This document shows, in pieces, positions 23,196 through 32,659 of a DNA stretch of 62,590 bases (position 1 is its first letter; each line of letters starts with the position of its first letter). Origin of the DNA: an uncultured Gammaproteobacteria bacterium (GTDB taxonomy: Bacteria > Patescibacteriota > Patescibacteriia > Patescibacteriales > GWC2-42-12); the NCBI GenBank assembly GCA_964537265.1, contig CAZHZE010000004.1, positions 1 to 62,590 of the forward strand, read 5' to 3'. Made by a program: the position numbers and the translations under genes. The notes under the pieces are model-generated. The model made no database searches. It was not told the origin of the DNA and saw only the letters and a list, made by a program, of their open reading frames with translations.

Positions 23196-23387
23196 AAATT
23201 TCTAACTTTCAATTTCTAATTTCTAAACAATGAATTAATATTTTAATGTAATAATTAATTAAAAATTAAATCATTGGAAATTGTTTGAAAATTGAAAATT
23301 GAAAATTAATAACATTGACTTTAAAATAAATTAGAACTATTATTAATTATATTTTATTTTTTATATTTAATTCTTAATTGAAATTAT

Positions 23388-23966
23388 ATGCCTTTAATAC
23401 CAACAGTCATTGAAAAATCCGGTCAAATTGAACGGGCTTACGATATTTATTCCCGGCTCTTAAAAGACCGCATTATTTTCTTAGGCGAGCCGATCACTGA
23501 TCACACAGCCAACATTATTATCGCCCAATTTTTATTTTTGGACGCTGAAAGCAAAGGCAAAGACATTAAATTTTACATTAATACTCCGGGCGGATCGGTA
23601 ACGGCCGGCATGGCGATTTACGACACCATGCAATATATTAAATCCGATGTTTCTACTATTTGCGTCGGACTAGCCGCTTCTATGGGCGCGGTTTTACTCG
23701 CGGCCGGAGCCAAAGGTAAAAGATTTGTTCTGCCGAATTCGGAAATTTTAATCCATCAGGTTATGGGCGGATTTGAAGGCCAGGCTTCAGACATTAAAAT
23801 TCACTCTGAACATATTTTGAAAATCAGAGAAAAGCTAAATAAAATTTTAGCTAAAAGCACAGGCCAGCCGATCGGCACAATTGAAAAAGATACTGACCGC
23901 GATCATTTTATGAGCGCGGACGAAGCAGTTAAATATGGGATAGTTGATAAAGTGATTGTAAAATAA
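23388..23966 (+). CDS. clpP: ATP-dependent Clp protease proteolytic subunit
   Basis: [21 protein letters not shown] (Ser), ILIHQ (His), DTDRD. Confidence 0.97.
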   Translation: MPLIPTVIEKSGQIERAYDIYSRLLKDRIIFLGEPITDHTANIIIAQFLFLDAESKGKDIKFYINTPGGSVTAGMAIYDTMQYIKSDVSTICVGLAASMGAVLLAAGAKGKRFVLPNSEILIHQVMGGFEGQASDIKIHSEHILKIREKLNKILAKSTGQPIGTIEKDTDRDHFMSADEAVKYGIVDKVIVK

Positions 23967-23976
23967 ATTAAATAAT

Positions 23977-24009
23977 AAAAAACACGCCTCTGAATGAGAC
24001 GTGTTTTTT
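23977..24009. terminator. bidirectional intrinsic terminator
   Basis: aaaaaacacg/cgtgtttttt stem between clpP and a convergent ORF-less unit. Confidence 0.7.
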
Positions 24010-24013
24010 ATTA

Positions 24014-24131
24014 AATAGAAGCGAGGATAATGCTGGGGATCTTTATAGAATTTAAAGGCCTATAAGTTTTAAATGCCTAATTCTATAATAAGAGGTGAGC
24101 CTCCGATCTCAGCATTACTCTCGCTTCTATT
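24014..24131 (-). ncRNA. candidate small RNA forming a long branched hairpin
   Basis: Near-perfect ~28-bp outer stem (aatagaagcgag..taatgctg..gatc with its complement), consensus promoter upstream, terminator downstream, no credible ORF. Confidence 0.5.
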
Positions 24132-24186
24132 GTTTTTAAAGATTTATTAAATTTGACTTTATTAAGCTTTTTAAGCTTAATAAATA

Positions 24187-24215
24187 AATATAGCACATAT
24201 TTTAAATATTGTCAA
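24187..24215 (-). promoter_or_regulatory. sigma70-type promoter for candidate sRNA
   Basis: TTGACA-17-TATATT with extended TG. Confidence 0.65.
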
Positions 24216-24344
24216 GTCTTTTTATAATTATTATTTATTTTTGGCTAATAATAAAGCAAAAATAAACATCACACTACTCTCTTATTAATAAGTAGGTGGA
24301 CAATGTTTACTACTTGCAAAACTATCTAGCTTGTGTTAAGCTAA

Positions 24345-24480
24345 AAAATGTTCACTAGGTCAAATAAGGTTATTTGACCGTGTACGAATATAATTATTAA
24401 TAATCAACAGCAGTCGGATAGCTAGCCCTGTAATTATTTAACGAATATTCAACCGGGCCTACAGATAAAGCAGATTAGAT
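24345..24480 (+). ncRNA. structured rny leader, possibly a 6S-like RNA
   Basis: TTGCAA-17-TAAGCT promoter at 24314-24342; nested stems with bubbles; position upstream of rny. Confidence 0.3.
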
Positions 24481-24614
24481 TAATTTACTTTTTTGTGACA
24501 TTTAGTATTTCTTCTAAAACTAAATCTTTCCCTAAAAATATTTTGTCCAAACTAAATTAAATTTGGTCCTGTTTTATTATAAAAAATTCGCCTCCGACGC
24601 TGGAATATCATTTT

Positions 24615-26132
24615 ATGTATTACGCAATTATTGGAATTCTAGCTTTAATCGGTGGTTTTTTTGTTGGCTATTTAGTAAGAAAAAGCCGCGCCCTGGCTCA
24701 GGTATCAAGCGCTGAGGCTCGTGCGGAAAAAATCTTAGCTGAAACAAAAGCCAAACAAAAAGAACTTCTTCTTGAAGCTCAAGACAAAGCTTTAAAAATC
24801 ATTGAGGAATCTAAGCATGAAGAAGAAAAACGCCGCCAGGAAATAAATAGCCTGCAATCAAGGTTGGAAAAACGCGAAACCGTGTTCTCGCAAAAATTAT
24901 TGGAATTGCAGGATAAACAGCAACTTCTCTACGACAAAGTAAACAAAGTTGAAGAAGTTAAAGAAAAAATTAAAAAAATTCATGAGGAACAGCTGGCTAA
25001 ACTGGAAAAAATCGCCAATCTTTCTAAAGAAGAGGCGAAACAAGTTTTATTTAAAAACGTTGAAAACGATATTAAAGACGACTTAGTTATTAGAATTAAT
25101 AAATTAGAAAAAGAATCTTCTGATGCTTTAGATGAAAAAGCTCGCGATCTAATGGCCAGCTCCATGCAGCGTCTAGCTTCAACTTACGCCACGGAAATTA
25201 CTACTACTACGGTTGACTTGCCCAATGACGAAATGAAAGGACGCATTATCGGTCGCGAAGGCAGAAATATAAAGGTTATTGAACAAATGACCGGCGTAGA
25301 AATTATTGTTGACGACACTCCTAACGCCATCACTATTTCTGGTTTTTCTCCGATTAGGCGCCATATCGCAAAAAAAACTTTAGACCATTTAATAAAAGAC
25401 GGGCGCATTCATCCGACTAAAATTGAAGATGCTATTAAATTAGCTAAAGAAGAATTAGCTATTGATATTAAAAAGGCCGGCGAAGAAGCTATGTACGAAG
25501 TAGGCGTTGCTGGCTTTGATCCTAAATTAGTGCAAATTGTCGGACGCTTAAAATATCGTTCTAGCTACGGACAAAACGCTTTAAAACATTCTGTTGAAGT
25601 TGCACATTTATCGGCTTTAATCGCCGAGGAATTAGGCGCGGACGTTACGCTGGCTAAAAAAGGCGGACTGCTTCATGATATCGGTAAGGCCGTAGATCAT
25701 GAAGTACAGGGAACTCATCCGGAAATCGGCGCCAATATCGGAAAGAAATTTAATTTGGCTCCGGAAATTATCGCACCAATTTTAACCCATCATGAAGATC
25801 GCCCCGACGGTTTAATTTCCGTAATTGTTAAAGTCGCCGACGCTATCTCCGCCGCTAGGCCGGGAGCACGCCGTGATACTTTTGATCAATATATACAACG
25901 ATTAGAAGAATTAGAAAAAATCGCCACTTCTTTTGAGGGCATTGAAAAAGCTTATGCTATTCAGGCCGGACGAGAAGTCAGAGTTTTTGTCACTCCGGAT
26001 AAAATTGATGATTTGGCCGCAATTAATTTAGCTAAAGATATCGCCAAAAAAATTGAGCAAGAATTAAAATATCCTGGCGAAATAAAAGTTAATGTAATTA
26101 GAGAAATGAGAGTGACCGAATACGCACGGTAA
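24615..26132 (+). CDS. rny: ribonuclease Y
   Basis: N-terminal TM, coiled coil, KH (GRIIGREGRNI), HD (LLHDIG), RPGARR. Confidence 0.97.
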   Translation: MYYAIIGILALIGGFFVGYLVRKSRALAQVSSAEARAEKILAETKAKQKELLLEAQDKALKIIEESKHEEEKRRQEINSLQSRLEKRETVFSQKLLELQDKQQLLYDKVNKVEEVKEKIKKIHEEQLAKLEKIANLSKEEAKQVLFKNVENDIKDDLVIRINKLEKESSDALDEKARDLMASSMQRLASTYATEITTTTVDLPNDEMKGRIIGREGRNIKVIEQMTGVEIIVDDTPNAITISGFSPIRRHIAKKTLDHLIKDGRIHPTKIEDAIKLAKEELAIDIKKAGEEAMYEVGVAGFDPKLVQIVGRLKYRSSYGQNALKHSVEVAHLSALIAEELGADVTLAKKGGLLHDIGKAVDHEVQGTHPEIGANIGKKFNLAPEIIAPILTHHEDRPDGLISVIVKVADAISAARPGARRDTFDQYIQRLEELEKIATSFEGIEKAYAIQAGREVRVFVTPDKIDDLAAINLAKDIAKKIEQELKYPGEIKVNVIREMRVTEYAR

Positions 26133-26233
26133 GTTTAAAGTTTAAAAGTTAAAAGTTTTAAAATAAAATGCCAATCAATTCATAATTTATTTAACTTTAT
26201 AACTTTATAACCTTCAACTTTTAACTAACATCT

Positions 26234-27034
26234 ATGCTAAACATTCTCTTCATCGGCGAAGTTAATGGCAAAATCGGACGAAAGACAGTCCAGGAAATTT
26301 TGCCTAAAATAAAAAAAGAATATAATCCCGATTTAGTTATTTTAAACGCCGACAATTTAGCTCATGGCAACGGAGTTTCTGAAAATACTATTAAAGAAAT
26401 GATTAGCGCTGGAGTTGATATTTTTACCGGCGGCGATCATTGTTTCGGTAATATCGGCGGTCTTAATGTATATGAAAGCGACTTGCCGTTGCTTCGCCCT
26501 GCCAATTATTCTAAAAATTCTCCGGGCAAGGGCTTTAAAATTGTTGAGCTTAAAAATGATAAAAAAGTTTTGGTAATAAGCTTGGTCGGGCAAGTTTTTA
26601 TGTCTATGGACCATGACAATCCTTTTCATGAAATTGATCGAATTTTATCTAATCTTGTCAATAATAATCTATCTGCTATAATAGTTGATATACATGCGGA
26701 AGCCACTTCAGAAAAAATTGCTTTAGGGCATTATTTAGACGGGCGAGTAAGCGCAATTTTAGGAACACATACGCATATTATGACGGCTGACGCGCAAATT
26801 TCTAAATCAGGCACGGCTTTAATTACTGACGTGGGTATGACGGGTTTTGCTGATGGAGTTTTGGGTGTAGAAAAAGAAGGCATTATCAAAACTTTTTTAA
26901 ATCAGATTAAAACTCCACATATTATTCCGGAAAACGGACGAGCCTGTTTTAACGCCGTAATAATGGAAATTGATTCTGAAACGAAAAAAGCTAAAAGCAT
27001 TAAACCTATTACAAAGTATATTAATATAAAATAA
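26234..27034 (+). CDS. ymdB: YmdB-like metallophosphoesterase
   Basis: LFIGEV.G, GGDH, LRPANY, VDIHAEATSEK, GTHTH, TDVGMTG; rny-adjacent. Confidence 0.9.
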   Translation: MLNILFIGEVNGKIGRKTVQEILPKIKKEYNPDLVILNADNLAHGNGVSENTIKEMISAGVDIFTGGDHCFGNIGGLNVYESDLPLLRPANYSKNSPGKGFKIVELKNDKKVLVISLVGQVFMSMDHDNPFHEIDRILSNLVNNNLSAIIVDIHAEATSEKIALGHYLDGRVSAILGTHTHIMTADAQISKSGTALITDVGMTGFADGVLGVEKEGIIKTFLNQIKTPHIIPENGRACFNAVIMEIDSETKKAKSIKPITKYINIK

Positions 27035-27051
27035 TAAATAATTTTAAATTT

Positions 27052-27333
27052 ATGAACAAAGCAGGCTTAATAGAAAAAATTGCCGCTGAAGTAGCGGTAA
27101 CAAAAAAACAGGCTGAAGATATGATTGAAGCTTTGGTTAACACAATTATTTCCGAATTAAAAGCCGGCAATGAAGTTACTATCACCGGATTTGGAACTTT
27201 TATGGCTAAATCGCGCCATGCTCGCGGCGGTGTTAATCCGCAAAAACCATCGGAAAGAATTCAAATTCCTCAAGTTACAGTAGCGAAATTCAAAACTGGA
27301 AAAACTTTAAAAGACGCTTTGAAGAGTAAATAA
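27052..27333 (+). CDS. hup: DNA-binding protein HU
   Basis: MNKAGLI, V.ITGFGTF, NPQ, KFK.GK.LKDAL. Confidence 0.93.
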   Translation: MNKAGLIEKIAAEVAVTKKQAEDMIEALVNTIISELKAGNEVTITGFGTFMAKSRHARGGVNPQKPSERIQIPQVTVAKFKTGKTLKDALKSK

Positions 27334-27353
27334 AAATAATATAAAAAAAAATA

Positions 27354-27383
27354 AAAAGAAGGCTAAAGAAGCCTTCTTTTTTT
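27354..27383. terminator. bidirectional terminator between HU and the tRNA cluster
   Basis: aagaaggc/gccttctt stem with A and T tracts. Confidence 0.7.
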
Positions 27384-27384
27384 G

Positions 27385-27457
27385 TGCGCTGTACAGGATT
27401 CGAACCTGTGACCTTATCCTTAAGAGGGATCTGCTCTACCAGCTGAGCTAACAGCGC
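27385..27457 (-). tRNA. tRNA-Lys(CTT)
   Basis: GCGCTGT acceptor stem, CT CTT AA anticodon loop, TTCGAAT T-loop. Confidence 0.93.
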
Positions 27458-27474
27458 AAAATTAATTATTTTAG

Positions 27475-27548
27475 TGGCTGGGGAGAGGCTTGAACTCTCG
27501 ACCTTGGCGTTATGAGTGCCACGCTCTAACCAACTGAGCTACCCAGCC
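27475..27548 (-). tRNA. tRNA with CAT anticodon (elongator Met more likely than Ile2)
   Basis: GGCTGGG acceptor stem, CT CAT AA loop; lacks initiator features. Confidence 0.88.
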
Positions 27549-27561
27549 AAATTTTTATTTG

Positions 27562-27635
27562 TGCCCCGGAGAGGATTTGAACCCCTAACCTTGTGGTCCG
27601 AAGCCACACACTCTATCCAGTTGAGCTACCGGGGC
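27562..27635 (-). tRNA. tRNA-Arg(TCG)
   Basis: GCCCCGG acceptor stem, TGTGG-CT TCG GA-CCACA anticodon arm. Confidence 0.93.
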
Positions 27636-27772
27636 AAAAAACGTGGTAAAAACCCTTAATGATATTATAGCAAAAAACTCCTAAATCAGGAGTTCTATTG
27701 CTATGCTAACATAAGTAAAAATAAAAATCAACAACGGAAAATTTTTTAAATTTATAAATCTATGTTATTTAT

Positions 27773-29152
27773 TTACGGGGCAACATATCTAAGAGTTGGA
27801 TATCTATAGAAAAAATCCCCACTAACAAACGCCGCATAACGATCGCCACCGCTATTATTAATAACTATCTGTAAGGTATTAATTCCCGGTACCAACTGCC
27901 AAGTAATCAGATCATTACGTCTTCCATTATTTGTATTAGAATAAACCATGGCTCCATTTAACCAACAATAAATTGCATCATCTAAAAAATATAATTTTTG
28001 AGTAATGCTAGTTGCAACAGGAGCGTATACTTTCATTTCAAAAAGAGTTGAATATTGAGCGAAATCATTAATAAAAAAATATAATTCTCCATAGCTTGAC
28101 CATACGCTTTGTGAAGATTTTGTAAATATAGATGGATCTGTTCGTTTATCATTTGTTTCATCCATCCATACAATCCATCGTGGATTATCATTAATGTCGT
28201 TAATATACGCCGTTGTCTGTAAAGTACCGTCGGGAAACATAATACCATCTACGCCTGGTGTACCGCCAATAGTTAATTTAGCCGTTGGCGTGGTTGTACC
28301 AACGCCGACGTTACCACCAGTAAATGTAGCAGCATATGATGATGCGCCGCCATTTTCAACAACCAACGCCACAGAAGAAGCCCCATTAGTATGAACCCTA
28401 AGACCTGTCGCTGATGCAGATGTTGTTATTATATTTGCTCCAGCAGTATTTCCTTGAACATCAAGTTTATAAGTAGGGTTTGCTATTCCGATGCCAACAT
28501 TACCGGAAAAATAACTTTTTGGTCCAGCACCATAAAAATCATAATTAGTACCTATACCATAAACACCATAATTACCACCATTACCATAGACACCATAAGA
28601 AGTGCCAACACCTCTAAAACCATAGGCTCCACCGGCGCCATAAACAGCAGTACCACCAGTGCCAACAATACTATAAATACCATAAGAAGAACCTAAGCTA
28701 TAAATAGCGGCTCCGGAAGTCCCCGGTCCTCCTACAGTAAGTTGAGATAAGGGGTCTTTTGTGCCAACGCCTACATTACCGTTATTTTTAATAACAAAAA
28801 TGGATTGATTAGTCGTAGTAGAAACTTTTAATAAATCATCGGAACTATTTATACTATGGATTGATAATTTATAATCCGGCGTCGTCGTTCCAATTCCAAC
28901 CTTGCCAAAAGTAACTAAACCAGTAGAAGCTAAATTATCCATGTTAATAATAAGCGGTCCGCCTTTGGTTTGAGAAAAACTGCCTTTGTTTAATGGTTCG
29001 TCGCAACCAGGATCACCGGTGTTACAGGTCACTGGATCGGCTAAAGGCGCGGTCCAGGCGGCTAGAAGAGATTGAAATGAAATAGATAGGCTTAAAGTTA
29101 AAATAACAGCTCCGATTAATAGTAAAGAGATTTTGAGATTTTTTGAAAACAT
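27773..29152 (-). CDS. exported surface protein with GNVGIGT and YGVYG beta-strand repeats
   Basis: Signal/TM N-terminus with AWTAP; four G.VG[IV]G[TI] repeats; (YGVYG)n tract; distinct C-terminal domain. Confidence 0.75.
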   Translation of the reverse strand: MFSKNLKISLLLIGAVILTLSLSISFQSLLAAWTAPLADPVTCNTGDPGCDEPLNKGSFSQTKGGPLIINMDNLASTGLVTFGKVGIGTTTPDYKLSIHSINSSDDLLKVSTTTNQSIFVIKNNGNVGVGTKDPLSQLTVGGPGTSGAAIYSLGSSYGIYSIVGTGGTAVYGAGGAYGFRGVGTSYGVYGNGGNYGVYGIGTNYDFYGAGPKSYFSGNVGIGIANPTYKLDVQGNTAGANIITTSASATGLRVHTNGASSVALVVENGGASSYAATFTGGNVGVGTTTPTAKLTIGGTPGVDGIMFPDGTLQTTAYINDINDNPRWIVWMDETNDKRTDPSIFTKSSQSVWSSYGELYFFINDFAQYSTLFEMKVYAPVATSITQKLYFLDDAIYCWLNGAMVYSNTNNGRRNDLITWQLVPGINTLQIVINNSGGDRYAAFVSGDFFYRYPTLRYVAP

Positions 29153-29281
29153 ACATTATGAATTAAAAATATGTTTATATTATACCAAAATTAGCTATTT
29201 ATGTAAAAATTATATCCAAAATAAAAACAGCTTAAAAAATATTTAACTGTTTTTAATTATTACTTTGCTAAAACCCTACAC

Positions 29282-29998
29282 TTATTTTAAGTGTGGGGTT
29301 AAAACTAAATAATAATTATGTTTGTCTTTATAAAATTTTTCTATTTTTAAACCAGCGAAAGCTACAATTTTTTTTAATTCTTTTTCAGTAAAAGCATGAT
29401 AATAGCGCTGGCTTATTTTTTCGCCTTTATTATTTTTCCAATCAAATAAAATGTCGCGAAAATCAAATTGAATTAAGCCTAATATTTTTAGTAAAGCGTG
29501 TTTTAAAATTATTCTTCTGTATTTTTCCTTGCTCCAAAAATTCCAAACCGTAATTATAATTTTACCTTGATCATTAATTTTATTTTTTATCTGTCTTAGA
29601 GCTTGTATTCTTAAATCTTCTCCGGGCAAATGATGTAAAACCGCCACACAAAAAATATAATCAAAATTATTTTCTAATAATTTATCTAATTCTAAAGCAT
29701 CCATTTTTAAAAATTGATAATTTTTATTTAGCGATTGAAAATTTCTTTTAGCTGCATCAATTAAGCCCTGGCTTATATCTATGCCAAAATAATTTATTTT
29801 TTTATTTTTAAACGCTCCGGCAAGTCGTCCATTACCGCAACCAACATCCAAAATTTTCTCTCCATTCTTAACCGATTCAGTTAGTTTTATTAATTCGGGC
29901 CATAAAAATTTTTTTCGGGTATTATCAAAATCAGCGGCAATTTCTTCATAATTGCGCCCAACTAGAGTTAATAAATATTGTTGAGTTTGCTTGTCCAT
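29282..29998 (-). CDS. class I SAM methyltransferase, Trm9/ALKBH8-like
   Basis: YEEIAADFDNTR..W, LDVGCGNGR, AVLHHL, ITVW, RYYHAF..EL. Confidence 0.7.
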   Translation of the reverse strand: MDKQTQQYLLTLVGRNYEEIAADFDNTRKKFLWPELIKLTESVKNGEKILDVGCGNGRLAGAFKNKKINYFGIDISQGLIDAAKRNFQSLNKNYQFLKMDALELDKLLENNFDYIFCVAVLHHLPGEDLRIQALRQIKNKINDQGKIIITVWNFWSKEKYRRIILKHALLKILGLIQFDFRDILFDWKNNKGEKISQRYYHAFTEKELKKIVAFAGLKIEKFYKDKHNYYLVLTPHLK

Positions 29999-30134
29999 AC
30001 TTAATTTTTAACATTTATTAAACAAAAAGAAAAGGGCGATTAAAAATTCACGATTTTAAAAACTTAATAAGTATTTTTAAAAATAAAAAAATGGAAGCTT
30101 CAAAACGCTTCCATTTATGGAAAGGGGACGGCAA

Positions 30135-30323
30135 TTATCCGCCAAATTGATTGACTGTTTCGGCGTGAGACACTATTAATGCCGCTGATCCAGGATTTTT
30201 GCGCGAAAACTCATCAAAATCATCGCATTTTACTTTGCCTATTGCGGCCGGGCAAACATTCGAACTAGAGCAAATTCTGGCGACACAGCCACTATCCTTA
30301 AATTCATGTTCACATTTTTCCAT
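30135..30323 (-). CDS. small Cys-rich protein (SD-led cassette)
   Basis: AAAGGAGG 7 nt before ATG; 5 Cys; own terminator at ~30085-30120. Confidence 0.65.
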   Translation of the reverse strand: MEKCEHEFKDSGCVARICSSSNVCPAAIGKVKCDDFDEFSRKNPGSAALIVSHAETVNQFGG

Positions 30324-30485
30324 TATCTATCCTCCTTTATTTAATTTTTGTAAATAATTGCTTTTAGCAATTTATTTTATTGCTAAATCAATTATTTAAC
30401 AACCATATTTTAGCGCATAAAAATAAAAAAATCAATACCCGTTATTTAATAAATTGCTTGAACATTTTTAAATAAACCCATAAAA

Positions 30486-32555
30486 CTATTTTTTGCTTTT
30501 TGTTTTAGCTAAAACTAGCTTTATTTCATGCCAATCATAATTTTCGCCTAATATATCTTTAATAGGCGTTAATTTATCCTTACCAACAGTCTTTATCGCG
30601 GCCATAATTTTTTTCTGCCGCTCCGGCTTTACTAATTTATCAATATTAACGCCCAAACCTTTTTCAATTAAGAAACATAAATGGCTTACAATCGTGTCAA
30701 TCGTTAATTCGCGCGCTTCGGCAATTTTTTCCAAACTCAACCCTTTATTCCATAACTCTAAAGTTTCTAACTGCGTAAGTTTAGTAGATAGGTTTGAAGT
30801 TTTCTTTTTTTGTTTTTCATTAACTTGTACTTTTTCTACTTCACCCATATTTTTTACTAAACAATTATCGCATTTAGCGCATTTATCAGCTTCTAACTCG
30901 CCGAAATAATCTAAAATATATTTTTGGCGGCAGTCAAAATGATAAATATAATTTTCCATTAAATCCAATTTTTTATAAGCATGTTTTAATTTATATTTAA
31001 GCGCAGTAAAATCTAATTTAACTTCATCTCCCTCTACCCGTTTTAAAATTTTTATTTCCGTACCGCGAAACGGCGGGACATATTCAGCTAATTCCAATTC
31101 TTTTAATTTTTTAATTAAACGGGCTAAAGTATCTTTTTTAATTTTTAAAATTTCAGCCATTTCTTCTAAATTAGCATACATACCTTTTTCCAATTCACCG
31201 CCATATCGATTTATTAATTGTTCTAAATTATTACGCTGGCTTTTGCTTTTAAATTTTTGATTCTCAGCTTTCAACTTTTCACTTTTAACTTTTATATACG
31301 CTTGACCGACGCGATCATGCGAACGAGCAATATAACCTTCGCGCTCTAAAACTTTTAAAGCCGTGCCTACGGCCATTTCCGGAACTTTATCTGATAGTAT
31401 TTCAGCAATTTCAGAATAAGTTATTAAAATTGTATCAGTTTCATAATTTTTTAAAATTTCATACATTTCTAAAATCATTTCTGGCGGCGGGTTATCGCCT
31501 TTGATAAAAAATTCTTGTAAATAGCGATCGCGCGGGCTATAAAGTAAAAGACAAAAACTTTGTTTGCCGTCGCGGCCGGCGCGGCCGGCTTCCTGGTAAT
31601 AAGCTTCAATCGTACCGGGCATATCATAATGAATAACAAATCTGATATCCCGCTTATCAATGCCTAAACCAAAAGCATTAGTAGCGACAATAACTTTAGC
31701 TTTGCCTTTCATAAAATTTTCCTGCACCCATTTTCTATCTTCCGCTTCCATGCCGGCATGATAACTTACCGCTTCAATATTATTACCTAATAAAACCTGC
31801 AAAAGTTCGTCGGCGCGCGAACGGGTACCAACATAAATTATGCCGGTGCCGTCTGGCACGCTATTAATAGCGTCTAAAACAAATTGTGGTTTACGGGAAT
31901 CTTGAGTATTAATTACGCCGAACTGCAAGTTCGGCCGGGCAAAACCAGTGACTACCAAGCTAGGATTATTTAAAGCTAATTGTTTGATAATATCTTCTCT
32001 TACTTCTAATGTTGCCGTGGCGGTTAGGGCAACAACCGTGGGATTACCTAATATTTCAATAGCATGTTTCAATTTTATATAGCTCGGCCTAAAATCATGG
32101 CCCCATTGGCTAATACAATGCGCTTCATCAACCGCGAATAAACTTACTTTAATTTCTTTTAATGCGGTAATAAATTCGGCGCTATAAAATCTTTCTGGCG
32201 CAATATATAATAATTTGAATTTGCCGGCCTTAACCGCTTCTAATCTATTAGTAGTTTCGGAGACACTGATGGAAGAATTTATAAATGTCGCCGGAATACC
32301 AATTTTTTGTAAACCATCAACTTGATCTTTCATTAAAGCGATTAAAGGCGAAATTACTAAAGTCACTCCTTCTAAAACCAAAGCTGGCAATTGATAGCAT
32401 AAAGACTTGCCGCCGCCCGTAGGCATAATTACCACGGTTGACTGATCAGCTAAAATATTATCAATAACTTTTTCTTGGCCAGGCCGAAAAGCCTTAAAAC
32501 CATAATGAAGTTTAAGCAATTCTAAAAGTTGTTGTTTTTTATTATTTTCGGGCAT
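30486..32555 (-). CDS. recQ: RecQ-family DNA helicase with split Zn/RQC region and C-terminal HTH
   Basis: [61 protein letters not shown]. Confidence 0.92.
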   Translation of the reverse strand: MPENNKKQQLLELLKLHYGFKAFRPGQEKVIDNILADQSTVVIMPTGGGKSLCYQLPALVLEGVTLVISPLIALMKDQVDGLQKIGIPATFINSSISVSETTNRLEAVKAGKFKLLYIAPERFYSAEFITALKEIKVSLFAVDEAHCISQWGHDFRPSYIKLKHAIEILGNPTVVALTATATLEVREDIIKQLALNNPSLVVTGFARPNLQFGVINTQDSRKPQFVLDAINSVPDGTGIIYVGTRSRADELLQVLLGNNIEAVSYHAGMEAEDRKWVQENFMKGKAKVIVATNAFGLGIDKRDIRFVIHYDMPGTIEAYYQEAGRAGRDGKQSFCLLLYSPRDRYLQEFFIKGDNPPPEMILEMYEILKNYETDTILITYSEIAEILSDKVPEMAVGTALKVLEREGYIARSHDRVGQAYIKVKSEKLKAENQKFKSKSQRNNLEQLINRYGGELEKGMYANLEEMAEILKIKKDTLARLIKKLKELELAEYVPPFRGTEIKILKRVEGDEVKLDFTALKYKLKHAYKKLDLMENYIYHFDCRQKYILDYFGELEADKCAKCDNCLVKNMGEVEKVQVNEKQKKKTSNLSTKLTQLETLELWNKGLSLEKIAEARELTIDTIVSHLCFLIEKGLGVNIDKLVKPERQKKIMAAIKTVGKDKLTPIKDILGENYDWHEIKLVLAKTKSKK

Positions 32556-32659
32556 TTGACAATTATTATTTTATAAACTAATTTAAGATTAACACAAGAC
32601 AAAAATTAAGACAAAAAAATAAAATAAATTGATCTTTTGACATTTTGAAAGGAGAAATA

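Noticed and set aside
24014-24131. SRP RNA or type I toxin mRNA
   Set aside because: No SRP helix-8 GNRA/AGCAG motif; the 20-codon ORF is not hydrophobic and lacks an SD
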